From: a virus
Taxonomy: Duplodnaviria; Caudoviricetes
Strand: one strand, 5' to 3'
IMG/VR virus record: IMGVR_UViG_3300030108_002876
Span: 1,510 to 65,509 of that record
Length of the DNA: 64,000 bases
Below are positions 9,242-19,600 of this stretch, piece by piece (the first letter of the stretch is position 1; every line of letters starts with the position of its first letter). Made by a program: the position numbers and the translations under genes. The notes beneath the pieces are model-generated. The model made no database searches. It had not been told where the DNA came from and worked only from the letters and a program-made list of their open reading frames with translations.

Positions 9242-11541
9242 TTAACAACTCTCTTGACAACAACGCGACCGTTCCAAACAATACGTAACATATACATTCC
9301 TGGAGGCCATAGGGACGCGTCTATCGCGTTCGTATTTGTTTTAGATAATAGGATACGTCCGTTTGAATCGATCACGTCTATGTCAACGTTTTGATTTATG
9401 TTTAACACATTACTAACTGGGTTTGGATAGACAACTAAGTCATCACCAGCTAGTATGGATTCTATACCTGTTACACTGCAGTAGTCATATGTTGCTTGAC
9501 AAGTATTGTCCCACTCTTCACTACAGCAATATGGATCTGCTTCAATTACCCACGCATAACACAAGTCGTTTAACCAGTACGGTTCGCCAGGTCCACCAAT
9601 ACAACCAGCATCATATAAACAGTTATCAGTAGATTCATTTGCAAGTTCATTATAGTTGTACGCTAGTGGGTCCATACAGTCGACCACCACTTCTTCGCAC
9701 GAGCCATTATCAGTATTAGCAGCTGGATCATAATTAAAAGCGCTACTGTCAGTACAGCCATAAATGTAAGGGATACAGCTACCATCTTCAGCGTTAGCTT
9801 CTGGATCATAATTAAACATTGTTGCGTCCGTGCAACCGTAGACAAAAGGTATACAGCTATCATCGTCAGTATTAGCGGCCGAGTTGTAATTGAAAGCAAG
9901 TGGGTTCATGCAGCCTAACACTACAGGTATACAACCCTCGTTATCAACGTTTGCTTCTGGGTTATAGTTAAATGCTTCTTCGTCCATGCAACCAAATACT
10001 GCTAGCGTCTGACAGTCACCGTTATCGTAATCAGCTTCGTAGCCTTGCGTATAATATTCTAAGTAACCCGCTTGAGTACAACCAGCTTGATAGTAGCAAC
10101 TACCATCTTCTGTATTTACTTCAGCGTTATAGTTTTGTGCTGCTTCATCTGTACAACCATATGAGTATGGCTCACAGTAGTTACCACACCTTAAATATGG
10201 AGTATAAGTTTTATTAGGTTCTACAGGATCAAGCCAAGGATTAGTGCCTTTATCAAATACAATATCTCCGTTAGGTTTAATAAGTTTAAATCCTACTTGT
10301 GATATATCTGTTACAGTTCCGCCTTGACCAAAGAAGCCGCCAAACTCTACAGGATAAAATGTAAACTCAACATGTGTTAGTGAGCTTACTGTAATATTAT
10401 AAAACGCATCTTGATCTGTACATGTAAATGCGCCAATAGGTTCGCCATCTTGTACTACACCTAAATATGAGTTATCCCAACCATCACCACCACCATCAAA
10501 CAACATAAGCGTGTACTCACACTCAGGCACTAAGTCCATGGTATTAGCTAGTGAGTCATAGTTAAAAGCGTTTTCGTTTATACAACCTGGTATTGCAGGC
10601 GTTATACACTGGCTTTGATCGTTATTTTCTGCAAGAGAATTAAACTCTAAATAATTAGGGTCTAAGCAACCAAACGGTGGATTTTCTGGTGGACAAGGAT
10701 TAAGTAAGTTAGGCACGCTATTAGCTTCATAACCAAAGTCTGGATTTTGCCCTTCAAACGGTAGTATACTGTATATAACGTTACCACACTCTGTGTAAAC
10801 TAATACATCACCATCAGCTGATCCACCTGTAGTAGAGCCAGCAAGACCATCACCATACGAGTCGTATATATTAAACGTAAACTCTACGCCTAACGGTATA
10901 CAATACTCTGTAGTAACGTTAAGCCCAGCAGTTTCATAAAAACCTTGTTCTTCGCTAGCTAAAACAATAGGCACGCTGTCCGTAGTTAATATTTCCCAGC
11001 TAGTTTCCCACTGTGAAAACGTATCACCTGTTATACTTACATAAACGTTTTGAGTTAGCGTATCACCGCACTCAGATACATTACCGTACAAACAAGACTC
11101 TTCAAACTCAGACTCAATACCAGCAAATGGATTATAGTTAGACGCTAGCGGATCCATACAACCAAGACCACAATTAGGATTATCTAATACAAGAGTATCC
11201 ATAATACCGCCAGGTGATTCTACTATAAAGTAATATTCGCTACTAGATACAGGCGTAGATTGTGCATAGCCATAAAAGTAATTACCAAACCAAGGGCCAT
11301 AAGGTATAAACTGTAGATTATCTAAATCATCGCCTCTATAAAATCCTACAGGCTGACAACCTGGTGGCGCTTCCCAGTTTACGCTTAGCTCACCTTGATT
11401 AGGCGACCATGGAAAACAAGATATCTCACCTTGTAAATTTGTTATACCACAAGGTGGTGGCGGTATAGTATCTACTTGAGAAAATACACAACTCGCTAGT
11501 AGCCAAAATATTACTACAAATACGTACGCTAACTTCTTCAT
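9238..11541 (-). CDS. secreted Cys-repeat protein with T9SS type A C-terminal sorting domain
   Basis: N-terminal signal peptide; about 10 GCxDxxAxNY...DGSC repeats; C-terminal VYPNP...GMYML...KRVVK. Confidence 0.85.
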   Translation of the reverse strand: MKKLAYVFVVIFWLLASCVFSQVDTIPPPPCGITNLQGEISCFPWSPNQGELSVNWEAPPGCQPVGFYRGDDLDNLQFIPYGPWFGNYFYGYAQSTPVSSSEYYFIVESPGGIMDTLVLDNPNCGLGCMDPLASNYNPFAGIESEFEESCLYGNVSECGDTLTQNVYVSITGDTFSQWETSWEILTTDSVPIVLASEEQGFYETAGLNVTTEYCIPLGVEFTFNIYDSYGDGLAGSTTGGSADGDVLVYTECGNVIYSILPFEGQNPDFGYEANSVPNLLNPCPPENPPFGCLDPNYLEFNSLAENNDQSQCITPAIPGCINENAFNYDSLANTMDLVPECEYTLMLFDGGGDGWDNSYLGVVQDGEPIGAFTCTDQDAFYNITVSSLTHVEFTFYPVEFGGFFGQGGTVTDISQVGFKLIKPNGDIVFDKGTNPWLDPVEPNKTYTPYLRCGNYCEPYSYGCTDEAAQNYNAEVNTEDGSCYYQAGCTQAGYLEYYTQGYEADYDNGDCQTLAVFGCMDEEAFNYNPEANVDNEGCIPVVLGCMNPLAFNYNSAANTDDDSCIPFVYGCTDATMFNYDPEANAEDGSCIPYIYGCTDSSAFNYDPAANTDNGSCEEVVVDCMDPLAYNYNELANESTDNCLYDAGCIGGPGEPYWLNDLCYAWVIEADPYCCSEEWDNTCQATYDYCSVTGIESILAGDDLVVYPNPVSNVLNINQNVDIDVIDSNGRILLSKTNTNAIDASLWPPGMYMLRIVWNGRVVVKRVVK

Positions 11542-11913
11542 TTAAAAATCACTATATATTATTTCATCAACTACGTCTTGCACTTCTCTACGCGTAGCTT
11601 CTAGTTGCATCATAATGTTTGCTTGAAATCTTTTAACTTCTTTTCCGTTAAAAACTATGATTGTAGGTACTACTACAATTTCAAAATCATTTTGATAAGA
11701 ATCATCATCATCAATATTAAGATTCATTACCTCACAATCAGTTAATTCATCAAGATAATCAACGCTATTGTTTGCGTTCCAGCTAGCGTTAAACTGTACG
11801 ACGCAGATATCACTGTCGCATAGATTTTGCCCAAGCGCTGTGCCTGCTACAAACACAAACAACATTACCAGAAGATATGTTATCACTGATCCAAAGTTCA
11901 TTGTCTCTTCCAT
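11542..11913 (-). CDS. exported thioredoxin-fold protein lacking CxxC
   Basis: Hydrophobic N-terminus; VVQFNASWN where WCxxC is expected; VVPTIIVFNGKEVKRF cis-Pro segment; start may be 11901. Confidence 0.7.
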   Translation of the reverse strand: MEETMNFGSVITYLLVMLFVFVAGTALGQNLCDSDICVVQFNASWNANNSVDYLDELTDCEVMNLNIDDDDSYQNDFEIVVVPTIIVFNGKEVKRFQANIMMQLEATRREVQDVVDEIIYSDF

Positions 11914-12050
11914 GCTTTCTTATTAATTATAATACTACTAATAGAGTATATAGCTATAAAAGCTATAGCGTATATAATACTTGGGTGCCCATGATAATCA
12001 CACGTATGACTATCACACATACCAAAGAAGTGTTGTGTAAATTCTTTCAT
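11898..12050 (-). CDS. small membrane protein (50 aa)
   Basis: Translated by hand: MKEFTQHFFGMCDSHTCDYHGHP + TM helix + KKAWKRQ; ATGA coupling to the next gene. Confidence 0.5.
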   Translation of the reverse strand: MKEFTQHFFGMCDSHTCDYHGHPSIIYAIAFIAIYSISSIIINKKAWKRQ

Positions 12051-12061
12051 TACTTATTTAT

Positions 12062-12271
12062 TTATGATGCTTCATCATGTGGATCCATCATGTACTTTTC
12101 AAGAGCTTCTCTAGCTTGATCTAAATCTTGTTTAGTTTTCTCGTTCTTATCTTTGTTATACTGTTTTTCGAAAGCCTCTACATCAGATTGTAATCTATCA
12201 AGTTCTTTTGAAGGGTGAGACTTGAGCGCAGACACATCTTGCATAGGAAAACCTTTCATCTTAAACGCCAT
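12062..12271 (-). CDS. small coiled-coil protein with MAFKMKGFP N-terminus
   Basis: 69-aa ORF with SALK motif. Confidence 0.65.
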   Translation of the reverse strand: MAFKMKGFPMQDVSALKSHPSKELDRLQSDVEAFEKQYNKDKNEKTKQDLDQAREALEKYMMDPHDEAS

Positions 12272-12273
12272 GA

Positions 12274-12558
12274 TTATTTTAATTTATCAATTTTTTCTTC
12301 AATACGATCAAGATCTTCTTTGAGCTCAGACACATCTTCTTGTGTAGTCATAATAGTCTGACGCACTAGTTGATCTTTCATATCAAACTCCATGCGAGTT
12401 ATATCTGGTGGTAGTGGTTCAGGTAGTTCTTTTGCTAAAGCTATATCAGCTTGTAGCGTAAAGTACATACCAATTAAAGCAGCTAAACCTGCTGCAGCCA
12501 TACCTATTGTTTTGAGGTCTAATGTTACTTTAGTATCCTCACCTATTTGCTTTGCCAT
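12274..12558 (-). CDS. single-TM coiled-coil membrane protein
   Basis: One hydrophobic helix followed by a heptad C-terminus. Confidence 0.65.
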   Translation of the reverse strand: MAKQIGEDTKVTLDLKTIGMAAAGLAALIGMYFTLQADIALAKELPEPLPPDITRMEFDMKDQLVRQTIMTTQEDVSELKEDLDRIEEKIDKLK

Positions 12559-12561
12559 ATC

Positions 12562-13605
12562 TTAAAAGATTACATAGTTTGCTCCACACTTAAAGTTGTA
12601 CCACTCTCTGTTCCAGTACTTATAGTATCTACCTTCAAGAAATACACCTATGTGTTTATTAAATCTGTGTCCGTATATTAAACCAGCTGAGTAGTCAAGC
12701 CACTGACCACCTACTGTATTGTGATACATATATTCACCTCCAGTGTCGTAATGGTAGGGTAAAACATTTCCCCATGTGTGGAACCAGAAGTCGTCTGTAA
12801 AGTGATAGAAGTCGAAGCCGGCAACCACCGAGTAATTCCATTGACGAGAGAGTTCACTTCTTTTTCTAGTAGTATATTCAGATAAGATGTTAGGGATAGT
12901 GACTGCTTCCCAGACTTCAGTGTTTGTTGCAACGACTGTTCCGTCAGGAGCGAGGTACTCGCCTGTAACAAGGTTGTGTGAATATCCTTCTTCAATTGCG
13001 AGGTAAGTATAGTGTATGTCTCCTGTTGCCAACTTCCACTCTTCAAGTGGATCATACCCGTAAGGTTCTGAGATACGTTGTGCGATACCTGCGTGCAAAG
13101 AAAACTTGTTACCGAGCTTAAGTCTAAATCGTTGTGATCCCTCAAAGTACTCAATGTCTGCAAACCCGTCTTCAAGGTATTCAACCTTTGCCATAACTTT
13201 GTCTCCGATGTAACGAAAAAAGTGGTGCTGATTAAAGAACTCTTTACCTTGTTGTCTTTCGTATGTAACCTCTCCAAGAAACTCTATGCCGTTACGCTTA
13301 CCTATATTAGCGTCAGCAGACCAAGATGTTTCTGATCCGTCATAAAAAGCATTAGCTCTGTTTTCATAACCAAACCTAGCGATCTTACGCACACCCATAG
13401 ATAAACTATAGTCAAATGGTGTTGCTATAGTCTCTTGAGTTAACCCGTCAGTAACAGAGTATATAGTTTGATCTGACACAGAGTTACCTCCGTTAACAGC
13501 TGCATAGAACGTAGAAAACTTAAATGCTTTCTTTAACTCTTGAGCATGTAGTACCGTACAGCTAAATAGTAAGGTTAGTAATAAACTTAATCGTGGTAGT
13601 AACAT
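12562..13605 (-). CDS. putative outer-membrane beta-barrel protein
   Basis: Signal peptide ending VLHA-Q; aromatic-rich alternating strands; C-terminal GANYVIF ending in Phe. Confidence 0.6.
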   Translation of the reverse strand: MLLPRLSLLLTLLFSCTVLHAQELKKAFKFSTFYAAVNGGNSVSDQTIYSVTDGLTQETIATPFDYSLSMGVRKIARFGYENRANAFYDGSETSWSADANIGKRNGIEFLGEVTYERQQGKEFFNQHHFFRYIGDKVMAKVEYLEDGFADIEYFEGSQRFRLKLGNKFSLHAGIAQRISEPYGYDPLEEWKLATGDIHYTYLAIEEGYSHNLVTGEYLAPDGTVVATNTEVWEAVTIPNILSEYTTRKRSELSRQWNYSVVAGFDFYHFTDDFWFHTWGNVLPYHYDTGGEYMYHNTVGGQWLDYSAGLIYGHRFNKHIGVFLEGRYYKYWNREWYNFKCGANYVIF

Positions 13606-16600
13606 TTTCCTGATTTGTTTTTAGTTTTCATTTTACAACGCTTGCCGTTTGATTTTATATGTGAGCACTGAACTTCGTTAGCTTGTTGAGGAACCTCTTG
13701 GTGTATTGTGCAGTAGGTTTCGCCTGGCAATACTTTATTGCTACATCTTTTACCACTACGCGTAACAGCAGCACATTGTATTTCTTCTTCAGCTACATTA
13801 TTATCTCTTTGCTCTTGCTGTTCATCGATATGACCTTGAATTACAGCTTCGTTAGCAGCTTGTTTTTCAGCTTCTCTTTCTTGTTTCTTTTGTTCTCTTC
13901 TTTCTTCTGCTTCTTCAGCTTTGATTTCTTTTAGCTCTCGCTTAGCACCTAGCACGTCTTGATTTTGTATACCAAAACTCCAACGGCTCCAACCTAAAAA
14001 CATAGCTACACGTTTGTAAGTTTCGTTTTCAGAGTCTAACGCTGCTCTAATATTTTGTACCTTGTTATATAACCTACTTAACGGAACATTAGTTACAGCT
14101 TCAGTTGCAGCAAAGCTAGCATCATATATAGGATTATCTAGATCTGTTTTAGGCATATAATCAATTACATCTTGATTATACTCCCAAGTTCGCATACCAC
14201 TAACTAGCTTTCTAGCTTTAATACCTACAGGTGGAGATAAGTTTAAAGCTTCAATAAGCACGTCTGTTTCGTTATACTCTGTCATGTAAACATCGTCATC
14301 TTCTTTAGCTTTTTGCTCAAGATGTTCTATAATAACGTTCTTAACAGTAGCTACAACTGCACCTCCAATACCAGCTCCACGTAGTAAGCTGTCTACCATA
14401 CCGTTAACTACTCTTTCTTTTTTAACGTCAAGATCATCTTCTTCTTCGTCGTCGCCAAACATAACGCTAAATAATGCGCTTTGTAAACCGTAGAATATAG
14501 CACTTTGCACTGCGCCATAGTAAATTATTTTAGAAATATTAGCTCTGTTATCTCCCCTACCGTTTATTAAATCTTGGGCAGCACGCTTTATAATTCTATT
14601 ATACTGCATTGGCGTATTCTGAAAAGCTAGTATCCACTTACCTAATGGCGAAGCTTGTTGCTGAGATATTTTATCAGGTCTAGTAGACTGTTGAGTTTCT
14701 TCAGCTACTTCTCTCATATCTTGAAAAGCTTTTGTCTCGGCTTCTTGTTGACTCATACCTTGCTCTAAATAAGTATTAAGTCTATTTCTATACATAGTAG
14801 CACCACCTGTAGCAATAGCTAAACTATCCGCTGCTTGTGTAGGTGTAAAACCTAATTGAAGCAAGTAGCTAATAGCTGTTTTCATAGGGTTTTTAGAACC
14901 TTGAAGTTCTTTTAAAAGCTCAGCTGCGTTTAAGTCAGTACCAATACCTGCTCTTCTTTGTTTTAAGAAATCAGAGTTAAATATCATAGATACATCAGTC
15001 CAATATTGTTTTTGATTAGCAAAAGCTTTACCAGCTGCTAGTAAGTTGTTGTCACTCCAGTTTATAAAATTAACGTTAGATATCATTTGTAGCATAGCAG
15101 ATCTAGCGTTAAAGAACATTGTAGTACCAATAGATCCATTAAGCCACTGTGTAAAGCCGTTTACTAATCTATTAGAACCAAAGTTTCTAGTACTACCAGT
15201 TTTCATACGGTATATACTATCTTCTAAAGCTTCTCTGTAGTTGCTACCAAATACAGCTTCTAGCTTATTTAAATTCTGCTCGCTAAATATAACGTCAACA
15301 TTGTTGTTCCACTCTTGTAGTAAGGTTTCTCTTGAAGCGTCTATAGTTTCCATGATATCCATAGATATAGTACCTCCTAACCAGTTATCACCTGGCTCTA
15401 CAGTAGCTTCTGCTTTATCTAATATTTGTTCAAGACCGTTAGCAAAACTTGTAAGTTGCGGATCTGCCTTAACTGCTTTAGTTAATTTATTTAAATCTGC
15501 TTGTGATAAACCAGGTACTTCAACTCCGTTTCTATTCCAATTAAAAACTCTTATAGCTTGCTCATACGTAAACTCTGTACCTGGTACTTTACGTTTTAGC
15601 TTTGACTTAACGTCTTTATGCGTACGTTTTAAAGCTCTTAAGTCACCGCTAGTCTCTTGCTGCAAAGCATTTAAACGTCTCATGCCGTTAGAATACGGAT
15701 CAAATAAGTTTTCTTTAAACCATTGGTGATGCTGTTCTCCAATTTGTCCTTTACCTAGCATAGGATACATAAGTCCTTTAAAGTCTTCTGCTGAAGGTGG
15801 TAAGAAAAATTTAAACTTACCTTTATTTTTACCACGTTGTTTAGCTTTAGCTGGTGAAAACTTTTTCTTACGATCTACATCTTTTGTTTCTTCTAATATA
15901 ATATTTAAATCTGCATTTAAATCAGCTTCGCCTTGACCTATTATTTCGCTTACACGAGCAGGAGCAGATCTACTAAATAAAGTTTTAGCTTGTTCAACTT
16001 TACCTTTAATATCAAACTCATCAAAAACTTTTCTAACAGCTTCAACGTTTTGCAAAGCGTCGTCTGCAAACGCAATATCATTATAGCCTTGAGCGTGCTT
16101 ATCTAGCAACCATCTAGCTTTAGCTTCACCTGTAGAATTACCTAGACCGGTAATATTTTCAATAGGTATATTTAAACCTAGTGAATCTAAAAACTCTTTA
16201 ATAGCTGGTGCAGATTCAGGCGCTCTTGCTGTAAGTATAAATGTATCTTGAGTACCATACTTCTTTGCACGCCTCATAGCTTTATCAAAGAAAGGTCCTG
16301 GAGTACCGCCAGTAACTTTATTAAACTCAGAAAAATCTGGCACCCAACCTTCAGCTACAAGATCAGCACCCTGAGTAGCAAAATCTTCAGCGCTTACTAT
16401 TTTAGTTTCACCGTCTTTATTAAATATAACGTTTGATTTAGTTCTAGCTAGAGTGTCATCAAAGTCCCAAGCTGTCATACCTTTTTTCTTACCAGTCCTT
16501 GAGTATAAGCTTTTTTCTTTATTAGCTTTTTTAGCGTTACTTCTTGTCTGCTCTATAGTGCCTACGTCGTTACCACCTAATGGTCCTAAAGCATCTTTAC

Positions 16601-19600
16601 GTTCTTTATTTACTCTGTTCCAATTATCTATAGTAATACCAGCATCACCGCCAATACTAACGCCTGTAGACAACATGCTAAGTTCAAGATCAAACCCAGC
16701 TGCTAGTAGCTGTGGACCATAGTATCTACCAAGTGGCGACATGTCTGATGTTTGCCAATAAGGAACAGTTGACTTGTAAAAAAGATTTACAATATCATCG
16801 TACTTTTTAGGCAAATAAGCTAACCTATAGTTGTCCATAGTTTGGTCAAACTGTGTTTTCTGATCAGCATTACCAGTCGCTATATACCTTAACGCTTGTA
16901 AATTTACTTGCAGCGCTGGAGTCATATGCTCTAATGTAGCGCCAAGCATTATTGGGTTTCCTTTTGAGTCAAGCTTTGGAGTACCATCTCTATTTAAAGC
17001 AGGTTCTAACTTGAAAGGTTTAGTAGGTGCGAAATCAAATATAGCAGAAGATCTAGTTAAACCTTGTTGACTAGAATTTAACGTTTCTAGTATTTGAGTA
17101 GCTTGAGCAAGACTAATTTCCTTGCTGTCAACCATTGATCTAAGCTCTTCAACTATTTGCCTAAACGCTTTATTGTTTTCTTGTTGAGCTTTTACTATAG
17201 CATCTTTATTGTTTACGTGTTTTTTTACTTGATCGTAACTAAAGTTACCGTCCATGTAATTAGAAGGCGGTCTAGAATAATCTCCTATTTCACCTTTTAC
17301 AGCGCCAAGTAATTTTCTAGTGTCTTCTCTACCGTCTGTAAAAAAGCCTCTTTTACGAGATGATGCTGCTGCTAAACCTGGCACTAAAAATCTTTCATTA
17401 AATTCAGCGCCGTATTTTTCTGCTAGTTTTTGACCTAATTTACTAGCACCTGCTCTAGCTTTTTCAACGTCTAAAGGATTAGAAAGATCTAATACATTAT
17501 TCTCACCAACAACTGTTGTATAATACTGTCTGTGAGTAGTAATTTCATTAACTATATGACCTTGTATTATTTGACTTAAAGGCTGTTTTAATATTCCAAC
17601 ATTAACGCTTACATCTTTAACAGGTTTAAAACCACTAAACTCATCATACACTTGTTGTAGCTCACTACCTATTTTAGCAAATCTTCTAGTTATTAAAGAA
17701 ACCTCTTTCTTGCCAGCTCTACCAAACTGTTCTATAGCAAGAGCTCTAATATCTTCATCAGTAAACAAGTTATTAAAAGCTCCTTGTATATTACCAGTAA
17801 CATCTTCAATCATTTGAAGACCTTCTTCACTTTGTATTTTATTTAACACAGCTTGACCAATAGTAGAGTATTCACTTTGCAACTTATTAGCAGTTTTAGA
17901 ATACAAAGTCTTCGACTTACCGTCTTCAAAAGTAAAACCTTGACCTTTGCCTTGTTCTATTAAAGCTTCTTTAGCAGCTTGATTAGTCATAGCTTTACCT
18001 GTCTGATCAATTAAAGCTTTAATTCTAGCACTAGTATTACGATCACTTACATTAGGTTGACCAGCTGGCGTTACACCAAAAGTTTCTAAAAACTCTTGCT
18101 TTGTTATATTATCACGTTTTAATTGAGCTGCTAAACCTGCTTTACTACCTGTTTTAGATGCAGATACTCTACCACCTTTTTCATAAAACGGCTCCAATAA
18201 TACTTTATTAACACCTGTAGATTTACCTGAAGTATCGGTACCTTCTGGTAACATAGCAATCAATGTGTCAGCATGCTTCATAATAAAAGCTTGTGCGTTT
18301 TTAACGTCACCTTTAGTTAAATTACCAGGCTTTGGAACAACGCCAAACATAGTTTGAACCTGATCAGACACAGCATTACCTAGTGTTTTATAAGTTTTAT
18401 TATCTGTATTGATAGCACCACGTTTTACCTGTTGTTTAGTGTCGTCATGTATCTTCTGGCCTCTTTCACCGAACCTATCAGCTAGTCTTATGCCTTCACG
18501 AGTTCTACTTACAACTTCTGGTTCTGCGGCCGCTTCAGCAGCTACGCCTCTAGCTTCGGTTACGTCATCTTCAAACTCTGTCTTTAATATTCTATTAGCA
18601 GCTTCAATAGCTCTTCTGTCTAAGAACTTATTAATATAAGCAGCAATAGGTACTCCAGGGTTTGCGTCTTGATCATACTCTAATATCATATCAAGTATAC
18701 CTCTACGCCCAGTATTTATTTCGTCAGTAAGTAACTGTCTGTCAAAGCCTGGTACGTCTTGATATTTATTAACAAGCTTGTTTACTCTACCACCAAACTC
18801 ATCTATAATATCCATTGCAGCGCCAACGCCTTGATCTTCGTATAGAGTTTGTACACGTTCAGATGCCTCTTGTCCAGACCTTGAAAATCTCTTTTTACTA
18901 GTCTCTCCATCAAGCGTGCCTTCAATTCTACTTTTTGTAAGCTTTGAAACTTCACCGTTTCTAAACGCTTCAATATTACTTACCATAAAATTAAGCGCGT
19001 CTTTACTGTTGTTTATCGTAAAGCCTTTACCTGTAGCCATTCTGTACCAGTTGCGTAAACTAGTTCTACCAGCGGCTTTTTTAGCAGCGTTAAACTCACT
19101 CTTGAAGTACTTATTACCAAGTATATCTTGAACAGACTTTGTATATTCGTCGTAATACTCTTGACTACCTTGTTCAAGATTTAACGCATTAACCCTGTCT
19201 CTAGCAGTTTGATCTACCCATCTAAGATTTTTATCGCCATTTAAACCTGTCATTAGTTTTCTAGCAAAGTTTTCCATCTGACCCTCAGCGTTCATACCGC
19301 TTAATACGTCTATAGCGTGAGTACTTTCGTGAAGAACTACTGTGCCTTGGAGTATTTCTCCTTTATCTAAAGCGTCTTGGACTTGCTGTGTGTTAGCTAT
19401 GGTTATATACTTACCACCAGGAAGTAAGGCACCAAACTCAACGCCATCTTCAGTTGAAGACTTAAACATATCTTGCGTGTCGTCTCTAAGCGCGTCGTAC
19501 TCGTCTTGAGTAATATTGCCATTGTCAAACTCTTGCTTAATTTTTGCCATTAAGTCTTCGTTAGAGTCTGCTTGTATCACCTCAAAGTTACCAGCAACGC

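Noticed and set aside
11990-12020. Two GTGTGA hexamers on the minus strand as late promoters
   Set aside because: They lack GTAA[AC] at the 13-nt spacing and lie inside a plausible 50-aa ORF
12711-13277. 188-aa alternative-frame ORF inside the beta-barrel gene
   Set aside because: Fully nested on the same strand with no recognisable motif; no support for overprinting
16440-16480. DFDD in the giant protein as a crAss-like virion RNA polymerase catalytic DxDxD motif
   Set aside because: The sequence is DFDDTL followed by TAR and DD motifs, which fits a HAD phosphatase; the third Asp is not in DxDxD register
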